Positions 39,411 to 48,354 of a stretch of 64,000 nt of DNA are shown piece by piece. The translations under genes and the position numbers were made by a program. The notes under the pieces are model-generated. The model saw only the letters and a list, made by a program, of their open reading frames with translations. It was not told the DNA's origin and did not search any database. Where the stretch lies: positions 704,001 to 768,000 of the forward strand of contig CAWDGJ010000003.1 in NCBI GenBank assembly GCA_963801815.1. Reading direction: 5' to 3'. Numbering within the stretch: position 1 is the first letter of the stretch; each line of letters starts with the position of its first letter. The DNA comes from an uncultured Verrucomicrobiae bacterium (GTDB lineage: Bacteria; Verrucomicrobiota; Verrucomicrobiia; Chthoniobacterales; UBA10450).

Positions 39411-39890
39411 TTATTTGGCTCGCAACTTCGACATTACGTTGGACATTTCGACCGCAGTCCGGGCCGCTTCAGTGCCGCGATTGATTTCATCTTCGAGACA
39501 ACGCGCGCGCGCCTGCCGTTCGTCGTCAAAGCTGAGAACGACGTTGATGACCGGGATGGTTTGAGCGACGGCGATGCCTTGCAGGGCGTTAGTCACCGAA
39601 CGGCTCAAGTTTTCGGCGTGATCGGTTTCGCCTTTAAGAATAACGCCAACGGCGATGATGGCGTCGCCGCGTTTTTGTGAAGCGATCTCGCGCACGACAA
39701 CGGGAATCTCAAAGGCGCCCGGGACTTGGAGCAAGGTAGTAGTGACGTTCGGAACCAGCACTCGCAATTCGGCGACGAGATGATCAACCAACCCCTGGAC
39801 GTAGGCTGCATTATATTGACTGGCCACGATTGTGAAATGCCGCTTGATCACGCCGACAGTGCGTGGGCGAGGGGATATCGCGTTCGACAT
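39411..39890 (-). CDS. ribH: 6,7-dimethyl-8-ribityllumazine synthase
   Basis: VPGAFEIP, GVILKGETDH; directly upstream of nusB. Confidence 0.93.
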   Translation of the reverse strand: MSNAISPRPRTVGVIKRHFTIVASQYNAAYVQGLVDHLVAELRVLVPNVTTTLLQVPGAFEIPVVVREIASQKRGDAIIAVGVILKGETDHAENLSRSVTNALQGIAVAQTIPVINVVLSFDDERQARARCLEDEINRGTEAARTAVEMSNVMSKLRAK

Positions 39891-39946
39891 TGTCCTCTAT
39901 TGCTCTAACAAACCGGTCTCGGCAAGAGCCTCGATTCCCGATCTCG

Positions 39947-39988
39947 GCGCCCGGCTTCCCTAGGTGCACTCGCTTTGCTCGGCCCCTC
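39947..39988 (-). repeat. ~42-bp dispersed repeat, copy 2 (cf. 676-716)
   Basis: Alignment by eye with 676-716. Confidence 0.75.
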
Positions 39989-40118
39989 CCGCCGTAGAGT
40001 TGGCTCCCGCCAACGCTTCGATTCCCGATCTCGGCGTCGAAACCGCAGCGCTCTTATGTTTCTGGCATCCGGTCAATGCGATGAGCAACGCAATTGCGAA
40101 TAGAGATTGTCGTTTCAT
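39960..40118 (-). CDS. Small putative lipoprotein (possibly truncated by a repeat insertion)
   Basis: MKRQSLFAIALLIALTGC lipobox; TAATG overlap with the VKOR stop. Confidence 0.55.
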   Translation of the reverse strand: MKRQSLFAIALLIALTGCQKHKSAAVSTPRSGIEALAGANSTAGGAEQSECT

Positions 40119-40591
40119 TAAGAACTCCTTTGAGTGAAAGACGGACGGGCAACGGTCAAGCCCGTAAGTAGAAAAACGAGCGAGGCGGAAAATAGACAAT
40201 AACGGCAGAATGCGTGCAGTCTAAAAGCCTGGACAAACAAGAGCCAGAGCGTGACCAGGAACATGGCGATCACGGTCCAGGTCAAGAACGTTCTGGCGCG
40301 CGCGTAGCTGAAAGCCGCAAAGGTGGCAAAGGTGAACACGCTGAAATAAGCGAGCGCGCCCAAACCCGAAACGGGAATGCCGCCGATTTTCGCGTAGGAA
40401 CTTCCGAGAACCTTGAAACAATCAGCCGATTCGCCGCATACCGCCGTTTCTCCGCTCAAGGAGATCACGGTGAGGTAACTGGCTTCCACAAGACCGGCCA
40501 GGGCAATCAACGCGGTCGCGCAATAAAAAATCACTTCCACTCGCGACCGCGATGGGAACGGTGTTGAATTTTCGTTTTTTTTTATCGGCAC
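40118..40591 (-). CDS. Vitamin K epoxide reductase family protein
   Basis: CGESADCFKVLGSSYA loop cysteines and CRYC active-site motif; TMs. Confidence 0.9.
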   Translation of the reverse strand: MPIKKNENSTPFPSRSRVEVIFYCATALIALAGLVEASYLTVISLSGETAVCGESADCFKVLGSSYAKIGGIPVSGLGALAYFSVFTFATFAAFSYARARTFLTWTVIAMFLVTLWLLFVQAFRLHAFCRYCLFSASLVFLLTGLTVARPSFTQRSS

Positions 40592-40595
40592 GTAA

Positions 40596-41258
40596 TCAGG
40601 AGGTGGGCTTCGCGCTCTGCACTGTGGCTTCGACCGCTGCGGGAAATGTTTCCGGCTTTAACTGGTCCGACGGGACTGCCTGATTGTTCAGGAAAATCGT
40701 GGGAGTCGTTCTGACTCCGATGAACGCGCCTCGTTGCTGGTCCAGCTCGATTTGCTGTTGAACTTCGCTGCTATCCATGTCGCGTTTGAAACGGTCGAGG
40801 TCCAATCCGAGCATTCCTGCGTAGGCGCTGAAAAGGGTGCGAACATCGCCAGAATTACTCCAGACAGCCTGCTCCCGAAAAAGTAGGTCGTGCATTTCCC
40901 AGAAACGCCCCTGAAGGCCGGCGGCTTCCGCCGCGCTGGCAGCTTCGCGCGAGTGCGTGTGCATCGCCAACGGGAACTCCCTGAAAATCACGCGAAGATT
41001 GTACCGCTTCTGCAACTGATTGATTGGCTCGGAAAGCTTGCCGCAGGGTGGACACTGGAAGTCGCCATATTCCTCCAACGTCACGGATGCGTCGGCCGGT
41101 CCGAGCGCGTGCCCCGGTTCTTTTGTTTCCGCGCCGGCTTCTTTTGTAATTTTCAACGGTGGATTGGCGGCGCGCCTGGTGTGATAGAAATAAGCTCCGC
41201 CGCCAATCGCGATAGCGGCGACCAGAGCAACAATGATGAAAGGAGCGGACCGTTTCAT
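40596..41258 (-). CDS. DsbA-family thiol:disulfide oxidoreductase
   Basis: EYGDFQCPPC, FREFPL, GVRTTPTIF (cis-Pro); N-terminal TM. Confidence 0.9.
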   Translation of the reverse strand: MKRSAPFIIVALVAAIAIGGGAYFYHTRRAANPPLKITKEAGAETKEPGHALGPADASVTLEEYGDFQCPPCGKLSEPINQLQKRYNLRVIFREFPLAMHTHSREAASAAEAAGLQGRFWEMHDLLFREQAVWSNSGDVRTLFSAYAGMLGLDLDRFKRDMDSSEVQQQIELDQQRGAFIGVRTTPTIFLNNQAVPSDQLKPETFPAAVEATVQSAKPTS

Positions 41259-41370
41259 GAGTCAGGCGTGGACATATAGCTTACCACCACGGAAATGCCA
41301 GTCTGCTCCAAACGCGCGCCCAATATCGGAGCCGTTTTGCCAGCCGGTGCTAGTCAACCTTCAGCGAGAG

Positions 41371-42588
41371 TCACAGCAGATGACCGAGCTTGGTCTTCTT
41401 GGTCTCCAGATATTTCTCGTTGTGCGGATTCGATTCCGTCCGGATCGGCACCTGTTCTACCATTTCGAGTCCGTAGCCTTCCAAGCCAACGACTTTCTTC
41501 GGATTGTTCGTGAGGAAACGGAATTGCCGTACCCCAAGATCGAAAAGGATTTGCGCGCCGATTCCGTAATCGCGCAAGTCAGGCGGAAGGCCGAGTTTCG
41601 CGTTGGCTTCGACCGTGTCGAGGCCTTGTTCCTGCAATTTGTAGGCGTGAATCTTTGCCGCCAGTCCAATGCCGCGTCCTTCCTGGCGCATGTAAACCAG
41701 GACGCCGTTGCCCGCTTCAGAAATTTGTCGCAACGCAGCATGCAATTGATTTCCACAATCGCATCTCCGCGAACCGAACACGTCACCGGTGAGGCACTCG
41801 CTGTGAACGCGAACCAGCGTCGGCTTGTTCTTGTCGATCTCGCCTTTCACAAGCGCGAGATGATGCATCCCGTCAATAAGCGATCGATATAAATGCAGGT
41901 CGAAATCGCCGTAATCGGTCGGCATCTTTACGACCTGCTCCAGCTCTACCAGCTTTTCGCTTTTGCGCCGGTGCGCGATCAAACTTTGGATGGTGCAAAT
42001 CTTCAGCCCATGTTTTTTCCGGAACTCCATCAGCTCTGGCAAGCGCGCCATCGTTCCGTCGTCGTGCAAGATTTCGCAAAGGACTCCCGCGGGCTGCAGT
42101 CCGGCCATTCGGGCGAGATCGATCGCCGCTTCGGTATGGCCGGCGCGTCGCAACACACCGCCATCTTTGGCCCGCAATGGAAACACGTGACCAGGTTGAG
42201 TGAGGTCGTCCGGGGACGAATGCGGATTCGCGATTGCGAGAATCGTAGTCGCGCGATCGTAGGCGCTGATTCCCGTCGTCACTCCGCGCGCGGCATCGAC
42301 CGACACTGTAAAATCCGTGCGCTGCGCCTCGCGGTTTTGCGTCACCATTCGTTGCAGCCCGAGCTGCTCCGCACGCTCGTTTGAAATCGGGACACAAATC
42401 AATCCGCGTCCGTGCGTCGCCATGAAATTGACCGCCTCGGGAGTCACTTTTTCTGCCGCGATGACCAGGTCGCCTTCGTTCTCGCGATCCGCATCGTCAG
42501 TCACAATCACAATTCGACCCTTGGCGATGTCGCTGACCACATCGTCAATCGCGTCGAATTGAAACGTCTCATTCGTCTGGCCTATCAT
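41371..42588 (-). CDS. ribBA: Bifunctional DHBP synthase / GTP cyclohydrolase II
   Basis: DRENEGD, RAGHTEA, RVHSECLTGD..CDC, QEGRGIG, LTNNPKK. Confidence 0.97.
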   Translation of the reverse strand: MIGQTNETFQFDAIDDVVSDIAKGRIVIVTDDADRENEGDLVIAAEKVTPEAVNFMATHGRGLICVPISNERAEQLGLQRMVTQNREAQRTDFTVSVDAARGVTTGISAYDRATTILAIANPHSSPDDLTQPGHVFPLRAKDGGVLRRAGHTEAAIDLARMAGLQPAGVLCEILHDDGTMARLPELMEFRKKHGLKICTIQSLIAHRRKSEKLVELEQVVKMPTDYGDFDLHLYRSLIDGMHHLALVKGEIDKNKPTLVRVHSECLTGDVFGSRRCDCGNQLHAALRQISEAGNGVLVYMRQEGRGIGLAAKIHAYKLQEQGLDTVEANAKLGLPPDLRDYGIGAQILFDLGVRQFRFLTNNPKKVVGLEGYGLEMVEQVPIRTESNPHNEKYLETKKTKLGHLL

Positions 42589-42731
42589 ACGAAGGGCAAT
42601 AATTTAACCACGAATTGGGACGAATAAACATCAAGGTTTGTAGACAGGCAGAGGTGACGGATCAACGAGAAAAGGATTGACTCGCTTGCGGGAACAAGAC
42701 TCAATCGACACCGTAGCAATCCCCCCAGTTC

Positions 42732-43589
42732 ATGATTCGATTCCGCTTAACGCGAAGGCGTGCTCTCTGCGCCGTTGCCGGCTTTGTTCTCGCGCTCAAC
42801 GGGTGTTCCAGTCTTGAGCCAGTCGCTGAGTTCGGAAAAAACGCCAGTGTCATCGCCGGTTACCCGGATGTAGCAGACGACTATCCTGCGATTCTTCAGC
42901 GTCAGCGATTGTACGGTTACAAAGACCCGGCGGTTAGCGACGAAAAAGTAGCTCTTCGCAAACGAGACGCACAACGGCTTCGGGAGGCGCAGAAAGTCCT
43001 GGAAGCGTACGCCCGCACTTTGGGTGCGCTCGCTGCCGACGATCTTATTAGTTACGACCGCGAGATAGACGCCCTCAATCAGAGTATCGTCGACGCCAAG
43101 CTGGCCACTCCGGCTCAAACTAAAATCTACGCGAAGGTTGCAAAGTTCGGCTTTGAATTGGCCACCGACATTTATCGGAGAAACAAAATCCGGCAGCTCA
43201 TCACGACCTACAATCCCGCAATTCAGAAGGCGACCCGCAACTTAATTACCATCGTTGAGGATGGTTACTTGATGGCGCTTAAAGACGAGCGCGATTATTT
43301 CGACAAGTACGTGAGCGGGCCTGCGAATCTAATCACCGGGTCAGAAGAGAACCGCCAAAATCTCGAAGGGCTGCAGGGGATCGTCGGCGTGGTGGCGAAA
43401 AGCCAGGACGATGCGCTCGAAAAGAAAAAAGAGAACGCGAAGGCGCTCGTCAAAGGGATGCGCGCATTTGCTCAGGGCCATCAACAATTAGCGGAGAACA
43501 TCAACAAAGTGAGTTTCAAGGAAACCGTTAGCGTGGCGCGCAAATATGCCGAACAGTTGCGCGACATTTTGAAGTCCTTTCGCTCCTAG
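42732..43589 (+). CDS. Helical lipoprotein of unknown function
   Basis: RRR-containing signal and LNGC lipobox; alpha-helical character. Confidence 0.75.
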   Translation: MIRFRLTRRRALCAVAGFVLALNGCSSLEPVAEFGKNASVIAGYPDVADDYPAILQRQRLYGYKDPAVSDEKVALRKRDAQRLREAQKVLEAYARTLGALAADDLISYDREIDALNQSIVDAKLATPAQTKIYAKVAKFGFELATDIYRRNKIRQLITTYNPAIQKATRNLITIVEDGYLMALKDERDYFDKYVSGPANLITGSEENRQNLEGLQGIVGVVAKSQDDALEKKKENAKALVKGMRAFAQGHQQLAENINKVSFKETVSVARKYAEQLRDILKSFRS

Positions 43590-43600
43590 GTCATTTCATC

Positions 43601-43993
43601 ATGAGCAAAATAACCGCTGCTCAAGCCCTCCAGCTCGCGAAGGATTATAATGAATCTGCCAGTGCTATTGGCGATTTCCGATTAAAGAATTGGGACAAAT
43701 TGTCGGCGGAAGACCGCCTTGTTCTCGGAAATACCGGACGAACTCTTCTCGATCACTCCCAGGATCTAATCACCTACGCCGTGGGCAAGATTCTCGATGA
43801 TACGCAGGCTTCGCTTGCTGACATCCAGAAGGCGACTGCCGATGCGAATCAAACTATCAAAACGGTCAACGACCTTAAGAAGGTCATCAGCATCGGCGCT
43901 GCCTTGGTAGGTCTTGCGGCCGCGATTTACACGGAAAATCCGTCGGGCATCGCCGACGCCGTCAAAAGTGTTGTTAGTGCAGTTACCAGTTAG
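43601..43993 (+). CDS. Small helical protein with C-terminal hydrophobic hairpin
   Basis: Coiled-coil-like N-terminal part; KVISIGAALVGLAAAIY..GIADAVKSVVSAV. Confidence 0.75.
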   Translation: MSKITAAQALQLAKDYNESASAIGDFRLKNWDKLSAEDRLVLGNTGRTLLDHSQDLITYAVGKILDDTQASLADIQKATADANQTIKTVNDLKKVISIGAALVGLAAAIYTENPSGIADAVKSVVSAVTS

Positions 43994-44016
43994 TTCAACT
44001 CCCTCAACTTGTTCTT

Positions 44017-44796
44017 ATGGCTAAAATAAATACTCGTTCCCAGCAGTGGTACGGTTGGTTGCCGGATTTGCCGGACCATCGTGATTTGATGTATTCGGCG
44101 GTCCAGCCGGCGCTTGCAACGTTGCCGAGTAAGATTGACCTGCGTCCCAAATGCTCGCCGGTCGAAAATCAGGGAAACCTCGGAAGTTGCACCGCCAATG
44201 CGCTGGCCGGCGCGGTCGAGTTCCTCGAACTCAAGGACGAGTTACCGCTAGTCACGGTAAGCCGTCTGTTCATTTATTATAATGAGCGCGTCATCGAAGG
44301 CACAGTGAATCAGGACAGCGGCGCTTTCATTCGCGACGGAGTCAAATCGCTCGCAAAGCAAGGAGTGTGTCCCGATAAAGAGTGGCCTTACAAGATTGCC
44401 AGTTTCAAAGAGAAACCGGCCGCGAAGTGTTATTCCGACGCCAAGAAACACCAGATCACTTCCTACTATCGAATCAGCACGGTTGACGAGATGCGGACGT
44501 GTCTGGCCGACGGATTTCCTTTCGTGTTCGGGTTTACGGTTTACTCGGCGTTCGAGTCCGCCGCGGTCGCCAGGTCCGGTGTGTTGAACATGCCCGGACC
44601 TGACGAAACCGTCGTGGGCGGTCACGCGGTCCTGGCGGTCGGCTACTATGACTCGCAGAATCGTTTCATCGTTCGCAACTCCTGGGACACGGATTGGGGA
44701 ATGAAAGGCTACTTCACGATGCCTTATGATTACCTCGATCCAGCCAAGAACCTGGCGGACGATTTCTGGACAATTCGGGCCTCTGAGGAAGGTTGA
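44017..44796 (+). CDS. Papain-like C1 family cysteine peptidase
   Basis: QGNLGSCTANA (Cys), GGHAVLAVGY (His), RNSW (Asn); YGWLPDLPDHRD N-terminus. Confidence 0.92.
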   Translation: MAKINTRSQQWYGWLPDLPDHRDLMYSAVQPALATLPSKIDLRPKCSPVENQGNLGSCTANALAGAVEFLELKDELPLVTVSRLFIYYNERVIEGTVNQDSGAFIRDGVKSLAKQGVCPDKEWPYKIASFKEKPAAKCYSDAKKHQITSYYRISTVDEMRTCLADGFPFVFGFTVYSAFESAAVARSGVLNMPGPDETVVGGHAVLAVGYYDSQNRFIVRNSWDTDWGMKGYFTMPYDYLDPAKNLADDFWTIRASEEG

Positions 44797-44890
44797 CAGC
44801 CTCAATAGACGCGTGTGGCGGATGTAGTTTTTGGTAGAAAAGATAACGGTGCCCTGGCCTCAGCAGCCACGTGACCCGCCGCTACCTCAT

Positions 44891-46123
44891 CTAGCCGATC
44901 TCAACTGCTTTCTCGATCAGCGGCGTGATGTTGACGATCGAGCGTTCGTTGCGGGCGTGAATCATGAACAGTGATTCATCGACTTCGACTTTTTCTCCGA
45001 TTTTTTTGATCTTCGAGAATCCGACGGAAAAATCGATCGCGTCGCTATCGCGTTGACGACCTGCGCCAAGAATTGTGGAAGCGCGACCAATCAGTTCGGC
45101 ATCCATTTTCTTGACGGTACCGGTGGATCGCGCGGGGAAGGGTTCAATGATCGGCGCGGCGTGCGCATCGAGAATCTTCTCTACTAGAGTGGCGTCGCCG
45201 TCCTGGGCATAGACCAGTGAGATGAATTTTTTCCACGCGGTCCCATCCTGAAGACGTTTTGCCAATTGCGTGCGCGGTGTTTCGGAAATCTTCTCCGCGA
45301 GATCGATAATCAATTTCACCAGATCAGGCGGGCCGCCGCCTTGCAGAATTTCCACGCACTCGGCCACCTCCAGGGCATTGCCGACATTCCGGCCAAGCGG
45401 TTCGTCCATCGGATTGAGTTGGCACACCGTCTTTACCTTCATCGATTGGCCAACTTTAATCATCGCATCGGCGAGCTGCTTCGCTTCCTCTTTCGTCTTC
45501 ATGACCGCGCCGCTGCCGAATTTCACGTCCAGCAGAAGGCGATCGAGATTCTCGGCTAGCTTTTTGCTCATAATGCTCGCGACAATCAGCGGTTGCGAAG
45601 GCACCGTACCGGTGACATCGCGCAATGCGTAAAGCTTCTTATCGGCCGGACAAATATCTTCTGTCTGGTCGAGAACGAAGACGCCGATCTTGTCCAGCTG
45701 TTTGAGCGCGCGTTTCTCGTCCAGATTGACGTTAAAACCGGGAATGCTCTCAAGTTTATCCAAGGTGCCGCCAATGAAGCCAAAACCGCGACTGGATATC
45801 ATCGGAACCCAGACGTCGTCACAGGCCAGTAATGGCGCCAGCACCAGCGAAACTTTGTCACCAACGCCGCCAGTCGAACGTTTGTCGATCTTGGGCGGCG
45901 AACCTTCCGGATATTTCAAGACGCGGCCACTCTGCAGCATGGCGTCCGTGAGCTGATAGGTCTCGGCTGGGGACATTCCGCGGAAAAAAACCGCCATGGC
46001 CAGGGCGCTCATTTGGTAATCGGGGATTTCACCAATGGTGAAATCCTCCACCAGGCCCTTGATTTCCTCGGTCGTTAGCGTGTGGCCATCGCGTTTCTTT
46101 TCGATGACAGTCGGGATATGCAT
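44891..46123 (-). CDS. Thymidine/pyrimidine-nucleoside phosphorylase-like protein with altered motifs
   Basis: IEKKRDG, PDYQMSA, STGGVGDK, GGTLDKLESIPGF, LYALRDVT, SIMSKK. Confidence 0.88.
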   Translation of the reverse strand: MHIPTVIEKKRDGHTLTTEEIKGLVEDFTIGEIPDYQMSALAMAVFFRGMSPAETYQLTDAMLQSGRVLKYPEGSPPKIDKRSTGGVGDKVSLVLAPLLACDDVWVPMISSRGFGFIGGTLDKLESIPGFNVNLDEKRALKQLDKIGVFVLDQTEDICPADKKLYALRDVTGTVPSQPLIVASIMSKKLAENLDRLLLDVKFGSGAVMKTKEEAKQLADAMIKVGQSMKVKTVCQLNPMDEPLGRNVGNALEVAECVEILQGGGPPDLVKLIIDLAEKISETPRTQLAKRLQDGTAWKKFISLVYAQDGDATLVEKILDAHAAPIIEPFPARSTGTVKKMDAELIGRASTILGAGRQRDSDAIDFSVGFSKIKKIGEKVEVDESLFMIHARNERSIVNITPLIEKAVEIG

Positions 46124-46175
46124 ACAGCAGCCGCTGGATGAGCGCGATGCGTGCCATTTTTGGGTTACAAACAGC

Positions 46176-46251
46176 AAATCCCCAATTCCAAGTGCCAGGC
46201 TCCAAACACTTTGGTTATTGGCTATTGGCCATGGCCTGGGATTGGGGATTT
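46176..46251. repeat. Short heptamer-armed palindromic element
   Basis: AAATCCCAATTCCAAGTGCCAGGCTCCAAA ... TTGGCTATTGGCCATGGCCTGGGATTGGGGATTT. Confidence 0.6.
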
Positions 46252-46344
46252 CGGCAGTGAGATTTCGCGGGCAGTTTCATGGCTCCGAAGGTGAGGGATT
46301 GCGCAAACGTCGAAAAAAGAAAATGCTATTGGACTTTTTAGGCC

Positions 46345-47277
46345 ATGAACAAGTCTGACAAGATTTTCGTTGCCGGTCACCGGGGGATGGTCGGCAGCGC
46401 CTTTATCCGTGCCTTGGAAGCGCGCGGCTTTTCCAATTTGCTCAAGAAAACGCGGGCCGAACTGGACCTGGCTGTTCGCGCCGCAGTGGACGGATTCTTC
46501 CAAAAAGAAAAACCGGAGATCGTTGTTTTTGCGGCGGCCAAGGTCGGCGGCATCAAGGCAAACAACGATTTTCCGGTTGAGTTTTTGATCGATAACCTGC
46601 GGATACAAACGAACATCATTGCGGCGGCCCACGCGAACGGCGCGAAGAAGCTGCTTTTTCTTGGCAGTTCCTGCATTTATCCAAAGCATGCGCCGCAGCC
46701 GATTCCGGAAAGCGCCTTGCTCACTGGACCTCTGGAACCGACGAACGAACCCTATGCCATCGCCAAGATTGCAGGAGTCAAACTCTGCCAGGCCTACGCG
46801 CGTGAGTACGGCGCCAATTTCATTTCGGCAATGCCGACAAACCTTTATGGTCCGAACGAAAGTTTTGATCTCGAAACCTCACACGTCCTCGCTGCGTTAT
46901 TGCGCAAGGCGCACGAAGCTAAAACCAGGCGCGCGCGAGAACTGGTGGTTTGGGGGACAGGCACTCCCCGCCGTGAATTTCTGCACGTGGACGATTGCGC
47001 GTCTGCCTGTTTGTTTTTACTCGAGAAATACGACTCGTCCGAAATAATCAACGTCGGTTCGGGCGAAGATCTTACTATCCGCGAATTGGCCGAGTTGGTT
47101 TGTGACGTGGTTGGTTTCGACGGCGAACTGACCTGGGACAAGACGAAACCGGACGGGACACCGCGGAAGCTTCTTGATGTTTCCAAACTGCGCTCTCTCG
47201 GTTGGGCTCCGACGATTCCACTTCGCGAAGGCGTCGCACAGATGTACGACTGGTTTCTGAAAAACATCGCCAAATGA
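46345..47277 (+). CDS. fcl: GDP-L-fucose synthase
   Basis: AGHRGMVGSA, AAKVGGI, LGSSCIYP, YAIAK, PTNLYGP, KPDGTPRK. Confidence 0.96.
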   Translation: MNKSDKIFVAGHRGMVGSAFIRALEARGFSNLLKKTRAELDLAVRAAVDGFFQKEKPEIVVFAAAKVGGIKANNDFPVEFLIDNLRIQTNIIAAAHANGAKKLLFLGSSCIYPKHAPQPIPESALLTGPLEPTNEPYAIAKIAGVKLCQAYAREYGANFISAMPTNLYGPNESFDLETSHVLAALLRKAHEAKTRRARELVVWGTGTPRREFLHVDDCASACLFLLEKYDSSEIINVGSGEDLTIRELAELVCDVVGFDGELTWDKTKPDGTPRKLLDVSKLRSLGWAPTIPLREGVAQMYDWFLKNIAK

Positions 47278-48194
47278 AAAAACTCCGCGTTGGCGTGGTC
47301 GGCGTGGGCCACATCGGAAGCAATCACGCGCGGCTTTACGCTGAAATTCCGGCGGCGGAATTCACCGCGATCTACGATGTCGACGCTGCGCGCGCGAATT
47401 CAATCGCGAAGAAGTTTCGCGTCGTGGCCGCGAAATCCCTGGATGAATTTGCCGAACTGATTGATGCGGTGTCGATCGCGACGCCCACGAATTCACATTA
47501 CGACGTTGCGCTTCCGCTTTTGCAGCGAGGCAAACATCTACTGGTAGAGAAGCCGGTCACCGAAAATCCGCTACACGCTACCGAGCTGACAGAATTGGCC
47601 GCGCGCAACCGATTGATTCTTCAAGTTGGCCACGTTGAGCGCTTCAATCCGGTCTTGAGCGCCCTGGAAATGCGACTGACTCATCCACGATTCATCGAAG
47701 CGCATCGGCTTTCGCCCTATCCAAACCGCAGCACGGACATCGGCGTTGTGCTCGACCTCATGATTCACGATCTCGAAATCATTTTGCATCTGGTGCGCTC
47801 GCCGGTTCAGAACATCGATGCGGTCGGGATTCCGGTCTTGAGCAAGAGCGAGGACATCGCGAACGCCCGAATTCGTTTCGAAAACGGCTGCGTGGCGAAC
47901 GTGACTTCCAGCCGGATTAGCCCGGAACGCATGCGCAAGATCCGCGTTTTCCAGGAGGACGCTTATCTCTCACTCGATTACGAAAAGCAGACCGGCGAAA
48001 GTTATCGACTCGAGAATGGAAAAATCACGCGCGACAAAGTTCCAATCGAGCGCGAAGAACCACTGAAGCAACAATTGGTTTCTTTCATCGAATGTGCCAG
48101 CACCGGGCGCGAACCGCGTGTCTCGGGATTTCAGGCAACCGCTGCGCTGGCGCTGGCGGTGGAAATAACCAGGAAAATCCAGGAATCCGAATAA
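47274..48194 (+). CDS. Gfo/Idh/MocA oxidoreductase (GnnA-like)
   Basis: GVGHIG, LVEKP, VGHVERFNP, DLMIHDL; immediately upstream of lpxB. Confidence 0.85.
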   Translation: MKKLRVGVVGVGHIGSNHARLYAEIPAAEFTAIYDVDAARANSIAKKFRVVAAKSLDEFAELIDAVSIATPTNSHYDVALPLLQRGKHLLVEKPVTENPLHATELTELAARNRLILQVGHVERFNPVLSALEMRLTHPRFIEAHRLSPYPNRSTDIGVVLDLMIHDLEIILHLVRSPVQNIDAVGIPVLSKSEDIANARIRFENGCVANVTSSRISPERMRKIRVFQEDAYLSLDYEKQTGESYRLENGKITRDKVPIEREEPLKQQLVSFIECASTGREPRVSGFQATAALALAVEITRKIQESE

Positions 48195-48200
48195 CGCGAT

Positions 48201-48351
48201 AAAAATCCGAAATCCGAATGTCGAAATCCGAAACAAGCACTAATGAGTGGAATTCCAAAGTGGCAAGTTGCGTCGAAAGTCGGTGTTTTGGTCATTTTCG
48301 AATTTTGAATTTGGAGATTGTTTCGAGCTTTAGATTTAGGATTTCGAATTT
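48201..48351. repeat. Heptamer-armed palindromic intergenic element
   Basis: AAATCCGAAATCCGAATGTCGAAATCCGAAACAA ... TTGTTTCGAGCTTTAGATTTAGGATTTCGAATTT. Confidence 0.78.
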
Positions 48352-48354
48352 GCG

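Noticed and set aside
38257..39564. 435-aa plus-strand ORF
   Set aside because: Antisense shadow of ftsY/nusB/ribH crossing a repeat element; no protein motifs.
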